Shown: positions 1 through 9,553 of the stretch, one piece after another | How positions within the stretch are numbered: position 1 is the stretch's first letter | Layout: every line of letters begins with the position of its first letter | Source: a bacterium | GTDB taxonomy: Bacteria; Auribacterota; UBA3054 | Length of the DNA stretch: 64,000 nt | Reading direction: 5' to 3' | Assembly (NCBI GenBank): GCA_017557885.1 | Contig: JAFYXV010000009.1 | Span: 27,049-91,048, forward strand | Made by a program: the position numbers and the translations under genes | The notes under the pieces: model-generated | Told to the model about the DNA's origin: nothing | Database searches by the model: none | Seen by the model: only the letters and a program-made list of their open reading frames with translations

Positions 1-14
1 ATGTTAAATTATAG

Positions 15-1745
15 TCATTTCGTTACCGCTTTCTTAAACTTGCCAGATCGGCGGCAGATCATCGTGCGAACATGTGCTATCTCCACGTCGAAGATGGTAG
101 CGTCGGACTTCTTGTCCCAGTACTGCACAAGTTTGACAGGATAATCCGACGCGAACTCAGGCAAATTGGTGATGCGAAAATTGCCGGCTAGGTGCGCAGC
201 TTCAAGCTTGGCGTCCGCTGCGTCATCCAAAAAAGCGGCGGTGCGCGCAGCCGGATCGATGGTCAGGGTGAGCGCTGTTCCGTTTTCAAGTTCCGGCGCG
301 ATCACGAGGCGGAACGTCTGGCCCGGCGGCGCCGTGAACTCTTCGGGCTTTACCGGCGGCGCGATCTCCGGCACCCACTTCGTGCCGAGCGTGCCGTCGG
401 GATTCTGGATCAGTTCGCGGAAAACGAGCCAACCGCCCCAGCCGTAAATGTGGTTGAGCCAGCCGGCCATGATGCGGCGGTTTTCGCCGAAGGTTGCGAC
501 CATCGGCACGGAAAGTCCTTCGTAGGGCGCGAAGCCCGTGTCAGTCCAGTTTACGAACGTGCCCGGTTCTCCCGTGGGGCTGTAGGCAAACTGCGTGAAG
601 CCCTGGAACAGGTAATAGCGGCCGTTCCACTCGAAAAGGCAGGGGCAGTCCCCGCCTATTGGTATCCTGTCGTCCTGCAGCATCCAGTCTCCCAGATGGT
701 CGCTTTTCCAGATCGTTCCGGACATGCCGTAGCCCGTCACCAGCCCAAGAAGACCGTCCGTGCGGTTGTAGATGGCGGGGTTCTGGGTGGCGTGGACGAT
801 TCGGTGCGACTTCCTGAAGTGGATGCCGTCCTCGGACACCGCGTAAGTGGCGCCGATCGGATAGGCGGGATCTTGGGTGAGGCGGCTCGTGTGCAGCCCG
901 TACGCTAGGTGGAGCTTGCCCTCGTAAACAAACGGTGTGCCGGTGCCCTGGGTGGTCCACCATTCGTCAAGCGGCACGGCGGCCGGATGTTCTTCCCAGT
1001 TGACGAGGTCGGATGAGGAGAGGTGCGCAAAGTAGTGCCGTCCCACGCCGCCTCCCGATCCGTGATGGCGCCGGTCGAAGAGGTAGAACACGTGGAAGCG
1101 TTCCTTGAAGGTTCCAAGGACCACGTCGCCCACCCAGGCGTTGGGATCCTCGGGCGTCCAATATTGGATTGACCGCGCTACGCGCTGTGAATCAGGCATC
1201 TCAGGAAGAGCGTCCTCGAGCGCCGGGGACGAAAACGAAGCCTTCTTAACTCGCGGCGAGAGTATTCGCCCCATAGCGTCGACGGGCCAGGCGACGGAGC
1301 CCGGATTGGGCGGCATGTCGTCGTCCTGCACGCCGTCCACGATGATCGTCCAGCGCGACTTGGCAAAGTTGAGAGTCACATCGTGGATGGCGTCCGCGTG
1401 GGGAAGCACGCCGAGCGGGATGCCTATTCTCCCGCCGGTCTCGCATATCGTCGCCTCGATAACAGGGCTTGATCCGTCAGGCATCGGGAAATTGAGGTAG
1501 TTGCCGTGCCTTCTGTCGTAGGACTCAAGATCTTTGTTTTTTCCCGCGATGCGAAGCGCGAGCTTTGCGCAGCCGACCTCGTAGAGCTCTTCGCCGGCCA
1601 AAACACCGGAGAGGTCGATTTGGAGTTTCACGGTGAAACAAGGCGCGGCGGCCTGCGCTGCAAGGGTAGTGCAGAGAACAAACGCGGCGGCAAGCGGACG
1701 ATGTTTCACGATCGTGGCCTTTTCATCGGGGTTAAACATTAACAT
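15..1745 (-). CDS. secreted glycoside hydrolase, GH32/GH43-like five-bladed beta-propeller with an N-terminal beta-sandwich region
   Basis: ORF 15..1997 is trimmed to the ATG at 1745 (MLMFNPDEK), which sits directly before a signal peptide (LAAAFVLCTTLAAQAAA). The blocks AWVGDV / FHVFYLFD / HLSSSDLVNWEEHP / GDCPCLFEW occur in the same order as the GH32 blocks WMNDPNG / HLFYQ / S.DL..W / ECP. The family call is from motif memory only. Confidence 0.5.
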   Translation of the reverse strand: MLMFNPDEKATIVKHRPLAAAFVLCTTLAAQAAAPCFTVKLQIDLSGVLAGEELYEVGCAKLALRIAGKNKDLESYDRRHGNYLNFPMPDGSSPVIEATICETGGRIGIPLGVLPHADAIHDVTLNFAKSRWTIIVDGVQDDDMPPNPGSVAWPVDAMGRILSPRVKKASFSSPALEDALPEMPDSQRVARSIQYWTPEDPNAWVGDVVLGTFKERFHVFYLFDRRHHGSGGGVGRHYFAHLSSSDLVNWEEHPAAVPLDEWWTTQGTGTPFVYEGKLHLAYGLHTSRLTQDPAYPIGATYAVSEDGIHFRKSHRIVHATQNPAIYNRTDGLLGLVTGYGMSGTIWKSDHLGDWMLQDDRIPIGGDCPCLFEWNGRYYLFQGFTQFAYSPTGEPGTFVNWTDTGFAPYEGLSVPMVATFGENRRIMAGWLNHIYGWGGWLVFRELIQNPDGTLGTKWVPEIAPPVKPEEFTAPPGQTFRLVIAPELENGTALTLTIDPAARTAAFLDDAADAKLEAAHLAGNFRITNLPEFASDYPVKLVQYWDKKSDATIFDVEIAHVRTMICRRSGKFKKAVTK

Positions 1746-1764
1746 AATTATCAGATAATAATTA

Positions 1765-1773
1765 ATTATACCA
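1765..1773 (-). promoter_or_regulatory. extended -10 promoter element TGGTATAAT for the GH32-like gene
   Basis: The minus strand reads ATATGGTATAAT, with the -10 ending 19 nt upstream of the ATG at 1745. Confidence 0.45.
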
Positions 1774-1816
1774 TATATAAACGCGCGGCAAATCACACAA
1801 AAACGCTCCCAATTAA

Positions 1817-1825
1817 TGCTATAAT
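1817..1825 (+). promoter_or_regulatory. extended -10 promoter element TGCTATAAT for the PHP-LolA-like operon (predicts a leaderless or near-leaderless mRNA)
   Basis: The sequence is TAATGCTATAAT. Eight nt separate the -10 from the ATG at 1834. Confidence 0.5.
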
Positions 1826-1833
1826 TTAGATGT

Positions 1834-2586
1834 ATGAGCACTATACCTACTCCTAAAACTGACCTCCACACCCACACCATCGCCAGCGACCATGCTGACG
1901 GCTCCTGGGAGGAGATGGCGCAGGCCGCCTGTGAAAAGGGTCTGCAGGCTTTCGCCGTGACCGAGCACGGGCCTTCTATCGCCCGCTGCCCGCACATCGG
2001 CTATTTCGCGAATCTTCCCAAAATAGCCCCCAAAGATCTTCCCGTCATGATGCTCTACGGGGTGGAGGACGATCTTATAGATACCGACGGCAGGACGGCT
2101 TTGCCTGACGAAGTGAAAGCGCAGCTGGACATCGTGCTGGTGGGAACGCATACCTTCGGCTGGGTGAGGAACGTTTTGCTCAGCGACATAAAAAAAGGCT
2201 TGTACAAGGCTATGGAGAACCCTCACGTTGACGTGATAAGCCATCCCGTCAACCCCTGGTATCCAATGGATTACGTCGAAATAGCCAAAGTCGCCCTGGA
2301 CACCAACACTGTTTTGGAATTCAATCTAAGCAAGATCGATTTCCAGGAAAAGGAATGGCGGAAATTCCTGGGCGTGGCCGCGGAATACAAACTTCCCATC
2401 ATCATCAGCTCCGACTCCCATTCCACCGACAGAATAGGCTTCGACAATCTTCCCTACGAATGGCTGGAAGGGATAGAACCCTCCCAGATCATGAACAGAG
2501 ATCTCCCGACGGTGGTGAAACGCTTCAAGATAAAAAGGCCGGAAGTCATAGCCTACGCCGAGAAAATAAGGAAGGAGGCAAAATGA
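1834..2586 (+). CDS. PHP-domain metal-dependent phosphoesterase (YcdX-like)
   Basis: It has DLHTHTIASDHADG at the N-terminus, then TEHGP and SSDSHS His/Asp clusters typical of the PHP fold. Length is 250 aa. Confidence 0.8.
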   Translation: MSTIPTPKTDLHTHTIASDHADGSWEEMAQAACEKGLQAFAVTEHGPSIARCPHIGYFANLPKIAPKDLPVMMLYGVEDDLIDTDGRTALPDEVKAQLDIVLVGTHTFGWVRNVLLSDIKKGLYKAMENPHVDVISHPVNPWYPMDYVEIAKVALDTNTVLEFNLSKIDFQEKEWRKFLGVAAEYKLPIIISSDSHSTDRIGFDNLPYEWLEGIEPSQIMNRDLPTVVKRFKIKRPEVIAYAEKIRKEAK

Positions 2587-3320
2587 AAAGATTTTTTATC
2601 CTGACGCTTTTCGTCCTGACAGCCTTTGGCGCCGAAAGCGAAGTGAAAATCGAAGAGGCCAAAACTCCCCCTGCGGAGATCAAACTAAAGCCGGCGGCGC
2701 CCGAGGCTAAAGGCGAAACGGCGGAAGCGAATTCTAAGATCGACAAAGCGTTGGAGGAGCTCGGGGCAAAGATAAAGGATCTTAAGACCTTCACCGCGGA
2801 CTTCACCCAGCTGGATATCGATCCTTTGTTCATGGACGAAAGCACCCACAAGGGAAAACTGAGTTTCCTGAGGGCCGTAATGGACGGAAAGACGAACTGT
2901 TTCCTGCGCTTCGACTATGAGGAGCCGGAAAAATCCGTGACCATACTGACGCCCTTGGGCATCGTCATCTACACCGACGACATGACGGAGCCCCAGATCT
3001 CCCCTGCCCGGGACGGCAACAGCGCCGACATCATTTTCTCCACCTTCGTCTCCCCCGCCGCCCTGAAGCGCCATTACGAAGTTCATCCCGGAAAATCCCA
3101 GAAGACCTATTCCTTCAAGCTAATTCCGAAAAGCTCTTTTGCCAAGAGTTTCTTCTCGGAGGCGGAAGTTGACTTTTCCGAAAAGACGGGCTTGCCGGAA
3201 AGATTGAGGCAAATCAAGATCAACGGCCAGGACATCACCCTTTCTTTTTCCAACGCCCATTTGAACGCTCAGCTGCCGGTGGATAATTTCGATGCCGCTT
3301 CGCTTAAAAAGAAACCTTAA
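2583..3320 (+). CDS. secreted LolA-like (lipoprotein-carrier fold) protein
   Basis: The ATG at 2583 overlaps the PHP stop (ATGA). The signal peptide is MKRFFILTLFVLTAFGA. The size (245 aa) and the LKTFTADFTQ..D block resemble the LolA/LolA-like family. The upstream part of ORF 2355..3320 is out-of-frame overlap with the PHP gene. Confidence 0.45.
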   Translation: MKRFFILTLFVLTAFGAESEVKIEEAKTPPAEIKLKPAAPEAKGETAEANSKIDKALEELGAKIKDLKTFTADFTQLDIDPLFMDESTHKGKLSFLRAVMDGKTNCFLRFDYEEPEKSVTILTPLGIVIYTDDMTEPQISPARDGNSADIIFSTFVSPAALKRHYEVHPGKSQKTYSFKLIPKSSFAKSFFSEAEVDFSEKTGLPERLRQIKINGQDITLSFSNAHLNAQLPVDNFDAASLKKKP

Positions 3321-4263
3321 TTTTATTCTGGCGTTCTGCTTTGCCCTGGGCTTGCTGGCAGCGGAGGAATCTTTCGTGGAAAGCGAAGACGAATCTCCCG
3401 TCGCTGTCACCAACGCTGCCGTCAAAATAGAGGACAAGCATTTAAAGGAGATAATTGCCGGCATCGAAAACTCCGCCAAACACACCCGCACGTACTGCGC
3501 CTACTTTCACCAGTGCGAATACAACAAATACGACGTTCCCGGCACGGAAACCACCGGCCGCTTCTTCCTGGAACGCCAGCGCTATTTAAAGGAGGACGAC
3601 GAAAAACCCCGGCTGTATTTCAGGATGCGCTTCGAGTATTTCTCCCCTAAAGCCGCCGTCACCATCCTTGACGGCGCCAGCCTCTATTCCCTCAAGCAGG
3701 ACAGAAAGGAAGCCCAAACGCTGCTGGTCGACAACCGCAAGATAGAAGTGGCTTTCGCCGGATTCCTGTCCATCAAGGAACTGCTGGAACATTTCAGCAT
3801 AAACATAGCCAGTGAAAACGCGCGGGAAGTCGCTCTGGATCTCACCCCTTGCAGCGAAACCGCCCGCAAACATTTCACTTCGGTCAGGCTATCCTTCGAC
3901 AAAATCAGTTTTCTCCCGACTTCGGTGACCCAAAACCGTCACGACGGAGCGCGCAACTTATTCATTTTGGCCAAGCCTCAAAGGAACGTGATCTTCGAAT
4001 CCCGCACCTTCGAGCCGGCCTTCATGAAAGATTTCATAAAGCAGCATTACGTCAAGCCTCCCCAAACGGTCTGCGTCACCAACATCACTCAGTGCGTTAT
4101 AACCAACAACGTTTTCTACACGGTCACCAACACGCTTCTGACCGCCCAGGGGGAAAAAGAGGACATCTGCCAGGCGGTCAGGACGGAAATCAAAGACGCC
4201 GTCGTTACAAACATAATAAAAACGCCGCCCAAAAAGCAGGACGGGCGGTTCCTGCCGCTCTAA
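3292..4263 (+). CDS. secreted hypothetical protein (possibly a second LolA-like fold)
   Basis: The N-terminal signal peptide is NFILAFCFALGLLAAEE. It overlaps the previous gene by 29 nt, which suggests co-transcription. The function is not recognisable. Confidence 0.4.
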   Translation: MPLRLKRNLNFILAFCFALGLLAAEESFVESEDESPVAVTNAAVKIEDKHLKEIIAGIENSAKHTRTYCAYFHQCEYNKYDVPGTETTGRFFLERQRYLKEDDEKPRLYFRMRFEYFSPKAAVTILDGASLYSLKQDRKEAQTLLVDNRKIEVAFAGFLSIKELLEHFSINIASENAREVALDLTPCSETARKHFTSVRLSFDKISFLPTSVTQNRHDGARNLFILAKPQRNVIFESRTFEPAFMKDFIKQHYVKPPQTVCVTNITQCVITNNVFYTVTNTLLTAQGEKEDICQAVRTEIKDAVVTNIIKTPPKKQDGRFLPL

Positions 4264-4269
4264 AAAACA

Positions 4270-4689
4270 CTACTTGTGGCAGGGCGGCTTGGTGTCCGCG
4301 AACTGCGTTTGGCTTGACAGTATCCCCTTTATGCTGGTCAGTTTTTCCGCCGCCGGGATAACTTCCTCCGCCTTGCCGTAAAAAATAGTCAGGTCCAGGA
4401 AATATTCGTTTTCCTCATGGACGATCTGCGATCCCCTGATAAGGTCGTTCAGCTTTCTCTTTGTTTTCGCCAATTCGCCCAGTATCTCCGGAGACGACCT
4501 GACGATCATGCTCACGACGGCGAAGATCTTGTCCTCCGGGGCCGCTGAACTGTTGGCGTTCAGAAATTTCCTGACCAGATCCCTGAGCGCCGCCGAGCGG
4601 TTCCTGTAGCCCGCGTCGGCGATCTTTTTGTCAAAATTTAAGAGAAGCCCCTCCTCGAGGGATACTCCGAACCTGGTCATCTTAGCCAT
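4270..4689 (-). CDS. NikR-family ribbon-helix-helix regulator with a non-canonical C-terminal domain
   Basis: The start is set at MAKMTRFGVSLEEGLL..GYRNRSAALRDLVRKFL, which matches the NikR/CopG RHH signature (..GY.NRSE.IRDL.R). The C-terminal ACT-like domain is present but lacks most Ni ligands (see findings). Confidence 0.65.
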   Translation of the reverse strand: MAKMTRFGVSLEEGLLLNFDKKIADAGYRNRSAALRDLVRKFLNANSSAAPEDKIFAVVSMIVRSSPEILGELAKTKRKLNDLIRGSQIVHEENEYFLDLTIFYGKAEEVIPAAEKLTSIKGILSSQTQFADTKPPCHK

Positions 4690-4690
4690 A

Positions 4691-5137
4691 TCACCACTCG
4701 CTAAAGGATTCCTCTTCCGGTTCCTTTTCGCTTTCCTCAAAGCGTTTGTACTCTTTGTAACGAACGTTGGCTTCCTCTTCCCGCTTTTCCGTGTTGTTCT
4801 CGTCCCTGAGGACCGCCATGCAGCCCTTGGTCATGGGATACAGCTCGCTGGGAGCCAAAGCGCCGAAAGGCCAGAGAATGTAGCCGGGCAGATAATACAC
4901 CCAGGCGGTGTAGGCCGCCATGTCGCCGTAGGTGGTGTTCCTGGTCTCCTCGTAAACTTTCATCTGATGCTCGTCGCCCAATTCGATAAGCTTATCCGAA
5001 CACCATTCGAAGCCGTTCAGAGGCGCGACAAGCGTGTCGCCTATGGCGGCGAAAGGCAGGGCGCAGCCGGCCCCGACCTTGCAGCCGCTGATCAATAAGG
5101 AAACAAGAACGGCCGATAGAAGCAATATTTTTTTCAT
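4691..5137 (-). CDS. YceK/YidQ-like (DUF1375-like) lipoprotein with an acidic C-terminal tail
   Basis: The ATG at 5137 gives MKKILLLSAVLVSLLISGC (lipobox ISGC). LPFAAIGDTLVAPL resembles the YceK motif LPFSLVFDTLLLP. The gene starts 6 nt after the metG stop. Confidence 0.5.
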   Translation of the reverse strand: MKKILLLSAVLVSLLISGCKVGAGCALPFAAIGDTLVAPLNGFEWCSDKLIELGDEHQMKVYEETRNTTYGDMAAYTAWVYYLPGYILWPFGALAPSELYPMTKGCMAVLRDENNTEKREEEANVRYKEYKRFEESEKEPEEESFSEW

Positions 5138-5142
5138 AGCGA

Positions 5143-7257
5143 TCACTGTATTGGTGTTCCGGGAGCAACTTCGGGGCTGTCGGTGGTTAAGAGCGTTACT
5201 TTGTCTTCCGTGCAGGCGCAAAGCAGCATGCCCTGGGATTCCAAGCCTCTCAGCTTGCGGTAAGGCAGGTTGCAGACAGCCACCACGTTCTTGCCGATGA
5301 CTTCCTCGGGCTTGTAATAAAGCGCAATGCCCGCCAGGATCTGGCGTTCCTCTGTTCCGAAGGAGACCTGCAGCTTCAGAAGCTTGTCGGCTTTGGGAAC
5401 GGCTTCGGCGCTCAATATCCTGCCGACTCTCAGGTCGATCTTCTCAAGATCCTCTATGGAGATCTTTTCAAGGGATATCGTTCCCTCCGGCGCTTGCTCG
5501 GCTTTTTTCTCTTCAGCCGACTTGGCGTATTCGTCCGCGGCTTTCTTCTCCTCAGCCTCTTCCTTTTCCATACGCTCAACGGCTTTGGCAAGGCGCTGCA
5601 GTTCCGGCTCGATGTCCTTGTCCTCCAGCTTGGAGAAAAGGATCTTCGGCTCGCTGATCTTCAGACCAGCCACTTCGATGTTCCAGGCATCGTTCCAAGG
5701 CGTATCCTCCAGTTTTCCCGTGAATCCCATCATGGAGAAAAGCTCTTCCATGGAGAAAGGAATAAAGGGGAAGAAGACCGTGTTCAAAGCTCTGATGATC
5801 CTGACGCAGGTGTACATGACGGCGGCGCAGCGTTCCATGTCTTCTTTTCTGAGTTTCCAGGGCTCCGAGGCGTCGTAATAGCGGTTGGCGGCCCTGGCCA
5901 TATCCATGGCCCTTCCTACGGCCTGACGGTTCTTATAGTGGTCGATAAGATCGCCGGTCTCCTGAAGGCCCAGTCTCATCTCGTCCAAAATGGCCTCGTC
6001 GGCCGCGGAAAGTTTCACCTTCTCCGGGACCTTGCCGTCGAAATACTTCTGCAGGAAAGTCGCCGTGCGGTTGATGAAGTTGCCGAGAATGTTGGCCAGC
6101 TCGTCGTTGTTGCAGCGCTGCAGCATCTTCCAGGAGAAGTCCGCGTCCTTGTTTTCCGGCAGGTTGGCCGCCAGGGTGTAGCGCAGGATGTCGGGAGCGA
6201 AACTCTTCAGATAATCCGGCACCCAGACGGCGTAGTCGCGGCTGGTAGAAAGTTTCCTGCCCTCCAGGTTCAAAAACTCGTTGGCGGGGATCTGGCTTGG
6301 CAGATTGTAGCCTTCCTGGGCCATCAAAACCGCCGGGAAGAAGATGGCGTGGAAAACGATGTTGTCTTTTCCTATAAAGTGTATGACTTCGCACTCCGGA
6401 TTCTTCCAGTAGTCTTTCCAGCGCTCGGGCTCCCCTATCTTTTCCGCCCATTCCTTGGTGGCGGAGATGTAGCCGATGGGAGCGTCGAACCAGACGTACA
6501 GAACTTTGCCTTCGCTGTCCGGCAGCGGAACGGGAATGCCCCATTCCAGGTCTCTGGTGATGGCGCGGTCCTCAAGCCCTTCCTTGAACCAGCCGCCGCA
6601 GTAGTTCATGACATTGTCCTTCCAGTCTTTCTTGGTGGCCAGCCAGTCCTCCAGTTCTTTCTGGAAGCGCGCCATGGGAAGATACCAGTGGGTAGTTGAT
6701 TTTACTACCGGCACGGTTCCGGAAATGGTGCTTCTGGGATTGATGAGGCTCATGGGATCCAGCCAGCTTCCGCATTTCTCGCACTGGTCGCCCCTGGCGT
6801 TGGTGTTGCCGCAATGCGGGCAGGTGCCCTGGACGTAGCGGTCCGCCAGGAACATCTTGTGCTCTTCATCGAAGAACTGCTTGCTCTCCTTGGAGACCAG
6901 CTTTCCGTCGCGGTGCATCTTCAGAAAAAACTCCTGGCTCGTGGCATGGTGGATCAAAAGCGAGGTCCTTGAAAAATTGTCAAATTTGATCCCCAATCCG
7001 GCGAAGCTGTCCCTGTTAAGCACATAGTATTCGTCCACCAGCTGCTGGGGCGTTATGCCGCGTTTTCTGGCCGCGATGGTGATGGGCACGCCGTGCTCGT
7101 CGGCGCCGCAGATGAAGACCACGTCGTCGCCTTTCAGGCGATGGTAACGGACGAAAATGTCAGCCGGCAGGTAGGCGCCCGCGATATGGCCGATGTGGAT
7201 GGGGCCGTTTGAATACGGCAGTGCGCTGGTAACAAGTAGCTTACGTTTCTTAGTCAT
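5143..7257 (-). CDS. metG: methionine--tRNA ligase with a C-terminal tRNA-binding (Trbp111/EMAP-like) domain
   Basis: It carries SALPYSNGPIHIGHIAG (HIGH-type motif), the Zn knuckle CPHCGNTNARGDQCEKCG, GRKLSTSR (KMSKS-type motif) and the C-terminal DLRVGRILSAEAVPKADKLLKLQV. Length is 704 aa. Confidence 0.97.
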   Translation of the reverse strand: MTKKRKLLVTSALPYSNGPIHIGHIAGAYLPADIFVRYHRLKGDDVVFICGADEHGVPITIAARKRGITPQQLVDEYYVLNRDSFAGLGIKFDNFSRTSLLIHHATSQEFFLKMHRDGKLVSKESKQFFDEEHKMFLADRYVQGTCPHCGNTNARGDQCEKCGSWLDPMSLINPRSTISGTVPVVKSTTHWYLPMARFQKELEDWLATKKDWKDNVMNYCGGWFKEGLEDRAITRDLEWGIPVPLPDSEGKVLYVWFDAPIGYISATKEWAEKIGEPERWKDYWKNPECEVIHFIGKDNIVFHAIFFPAVLMAQEGYNLPSQIPANEFLNLEGRKLSTSRDYAVWVPDYLKSFAPDILRYTLAANLPENKDADFSWKMLQRCNNDELANILGNFINRTATFLQKYFDGKVPEKVKLSAADEAILDEMRLGLQETGDLIDHYKNRQAVGRAMDMARAANRYYDASEPWKLRKEDMERCAAVMYTCVRIIRALNTVFFPFIPFSMEELFSMMGFTGKLEDTPWNDAWNIEVAGLKISEPKILFSKLEDKDIEPELQRLAKAVERMEKEEAEEKKAADEYAKSAEEKKAEQAPEGTISLEKISIEDLEKIDLRVGRILSAEAVPKADKLLKLQVSFGTEERQILAGIALYYKPEEVIGKNVVAVCNLPYRKLRGLESQGMLLCACTEDKVTLLTTDSPEVAPGTPIQ

Positions 7258-7309
7258 GAGCTTTTTCCCGTTCTTAAGATTTAGCTAAATTTTGCTTATT
7301 AATTTATTA

Positions 7310-7318
7310 ATTATAGCA
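7310..7318 (-). promoter_or_regulatory. extended -10 promoter element TGCTATAAT for the metG operon
   Basis: The minus strand reads ATTTGCTATAAT, with the -10 ending 52 nt upstream of the ATG at 7257. Confidence 0.5.
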
Positions 7319-7383
7319 AATCTGTCTTGATAAACGATTAAAGAAAGATGCCGCGCATAAACTACAACAAGATCTCATTCATA

Positions 7384-9549
7384 TCACTCGAATTTTAGCC
7401 GCAGCGCAACGTCTTTTTTCAGCGCTTTGACCTCTATCTCAAGCAATCCGTCAGAGGTAATCACCGAGGCCTTCGCCTCTCCTCCCTCGCACTCGATTTT
7501 CCCAAGGTCCAGCGACACTGGAACATGGAAGGAATAAGTCTCACTGGTGTTCTCCACACAGTCCAGGCTAAGCGTGAGCTCCTTGTCTTTCCACTCGCTA
7601 TTCTTAACGCTCACGGCGTCCATGCTGACATGACGAGTAGAAGCAATGAACTGCGGCTCTTTGCTCTTTTCCCTCAAACTTACCACCTGGCAGCTTCCGT
7701 ATTTCAGCTCCCTCATCGGCAGTCCTTCCTTGACTTCTCCCAAAAACTTCTTTTCCCAGAAGTCGTATGCCAGATACGTCTTCTTGGGATCCAACCCCAG
7801 CTTCTCAAGCTCCACTACGCTCTCCCCAAGCGACCAAAGCGCGTTTCTTGTCACCACGCACCAGTTCCCCCATTCTTTCGCAAAATGCACCGCCCACAGC
7901 GTCGAGAAAGGACTGTCCACTCCCGGCTCCGTTCTGCCGCCAACAAGCCTCATTTCTTCTCCTTCGTCTACGTCGCCTTTTTCAGAAACATAATTAGTAA
8001 TATGGTCCAGATGCATTTGCCCGCTCTCGGCAGGATAAGTTTCCAAGGACGGCAATCCTCTCTGCAAAATGTAGATCCTTTTCTGATCAAGGTCTTCGGG
8101 CTTGTCGCTGAACATATAAGAACCGCCGCCCAAAGAAACCGTGGAAACCTTGGCTCTCCCCCATTCCTCGTCCGTTCTCAGCAGCATATGGTCAGGATCA
8201 TTCACAAACAGTATTCTGTTGCAGGGAAACATCTCGGCGAAATAATACAGCTGCCTGTGATGATCAGGCCAGGTTTCCCCACAATCGCTGGCCACGCGAC
8301 AGGCATCGAACGAGTCGGACATTTCGGGCATTATGCCCCAGCAGCCTAAAATGTAAAAATCATCTCCCAAAGCCAATCTAGTCGCCAAGCAGAAGTTTCT
8401 CAGTCGCCTAACCGCTTCGTTATAACCGTAGGCCAAAAGCAACCCTTCGTAGAAAACATGCCTTAAGCCGTCGATCTTGACATATTCGAATCCGGCGTCT
8501 TTGAACGCTTTAAAAGTCGGAACGAAACAATTGGTGATCGTATAATCCGACATATCCAGGATCGTATTTATCCAATAAGAATATGCTTTGCGGCCGTTTG
8601 GCAAAATGCAGCGAAGATCCCTGGAAGAATTGTTCGGAGCGTATTTTTCGATCCCTGGAGACATCCATACGCCGGCGCGCAGCCCGTAGGAAGAGATCTT
8701 TTTGGCGATGGAAGCCGGACCTTCCGGGAAGTTTGAACTTGGCCGCATCCAGCTTTCAGCCAGGGAAACGTCGCCTTCTATGGACGGCGCTATCCTTTGG
8801 AAGCCGTTGTCTATCTGCATAAGGTCCATCCCGTAAGGATAAAAATTATTTTTTATAAAAGAGGCCATCTCTTCGATATTCTCCATCTTGATCTTATTCC
8901 CGTAGGCTTTCCACGAGCACCAGCCGTTGACGCTTTTTAAATTGGGCCTCCTCAGCCATGGTTTGTAATTCTTATAGCTCAGTATCGACCTGTAATAATT
9001 CGGCCGGAAGATAATGTTAAAGTAATAGTTGGAAATGGTAATGTTAAAACTGGCCGTAAGATCGCCGTTCTCACCCCTCGTCATGCTGTTGCCGCACCAT
9101 TCCCATTCTCCCCCGCTCCATTCCAAAAGGAAGTCCCTCCTGATATCGTAGACACCCTCGACGCCGTGTATCAACGGCTCTCCAACGCGCCCCAAAATGG
9201 CTTCTCCGCCGCCAGCCCTCCTCGAACGCATCACCCCTGCTTCCTGGCTAAAATACAAATTAACCTTTAACTTATGGATCTCCTTGTCGTTGAAAGCAAT
9301 CGTGCGCAGCTGCGTCATTGGCGAAGACTGCAAAATATCGCTGGTATTGTAAAAGGAACGGATCTCCTCGTCAGTATCGCAGATCACCTCGAAAATCACA
9401 TTGCCGTCATACGTCCCGGATACCACGTTGCCTTTCTGACTGGTAAAAAACGGTTCGCAGGGCGCTTCCTTTTCGTGTACGAAAGTCGCGAAGCAAGCAA
9501 ACGAGCCTAACACCAAAACAGCGCATGTAAAGTTTAGCATGTTTTTCAT
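7384..9549 (-). CDS. secreted clan GH-D glycosidase (alpha-galactosidase/melibiase-like, GH27/GH36-type)
   Basis: The ATG at 9549 (MKNMLNFTCAVLVLGSFACFA signal peptide) is preceded by AAAGGTGA. VNGWCSWKAYG...MQIDNGFQ, YVKIDGLRHV and VNDPDHMLL resemble the GWNSW / KxD / DPD blocks of GH27/36. The gene starts 4 nt after the stop of the upstream island gene. Confidence 0.6.
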   Translation of the reverse strand: MKNMLNFTCAVLVLGSFACFATFVHEKEAPCEPFFTSQKGNVVSGTYDGNVIFEVICDTDEEIRSFYNTSDILQSSPMTQLRTIAFNDKEIHKLKVNLYFSQEAGVMRSRRAGGGEAILGRVGEPLIHGVEGVYDIRRDFLLEWSGGEWEWCGNSMTRGENGDLTASFNITISNYYFNIIFRPNYYRSILSYKNYKPWLRRPNLKSVNGWCSWKAYGNKIKMENIEEMASFIKNNFYPYGMDLMQIDNGFQRIAPSIEGDVSLAESWMRPSSNFPEGPASIAKKISSYGLRAGVWMSPGIEKYAPNNSSRDLRCILPNGRKAYSYWINTILDMSDYTITNCFVPTFKAFKDAGFEYVKIDGLRHVFYEGLLLAYGYNEAVRRLRNFCLATRLALGDDFYILGCWGIMPEMSDSFDACRVASDCGETWPDHHRQLYYFAEMFPCNRILFVNDPDHMLLRTDEEWGRAKVSTVSLGGGSYMFSDKPEDLDQKRIYILQRGLPSLETYPAESGQMHLDHITNYVSEKGDVDEGEEMRLVGGRTEPGVDSPFSTLWAVHFAKEWGNWCVVTRNALWSLGESVVELEKLGLDPKKTYLAYDFWEKKFLGEVKEGLPMRELKYGSCQVVSLREKSKEPQFIASTRHVSMDAVSVKNSEWKDKELTLSLDCVENTSETYSFHVPVSLDLGKIECEGGEAKASVITSDGLLEIEVKALKKDVALRLKFE

Positions 9550-9553
9550 ATAT

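Noticed and set aside
1746-1997. An N-terminal 84-aa extension of the GH32-like ORF, running through the divergent promoter region into the PHP gene
   Set aside because: The extension covers the AT-rich promoter region and part of the opposite-strand PHP coding sequence. A signal peptide begins right after the internal ATG at 1745. Similar upstream extensions were trimmed for 2355..2582, 29980..30099, 49844..50386, 18594..18635, 20089..20166, 22059..22085, 4690..4740, 5138..5221 and 9550..9582.
7258-7309. The metG leader, checked for a T-box or other riboswitch-like structure
   Set aside because: The leader is only about 45 nt and AT-rich. It has no specifier or antiterminator helices and no stable hairpin.
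7258-7383. Island borders (7258-7383 and 17780-17996), inspected for att-like direct repeats or inverted terminal repeats
   Set aside because: Only trivial AT-rich matches of 8 nt or less were found by eye (for example TTCTTAAG-like strings), nothing convincing. A computed repeat search is needed before claiming any boundary.
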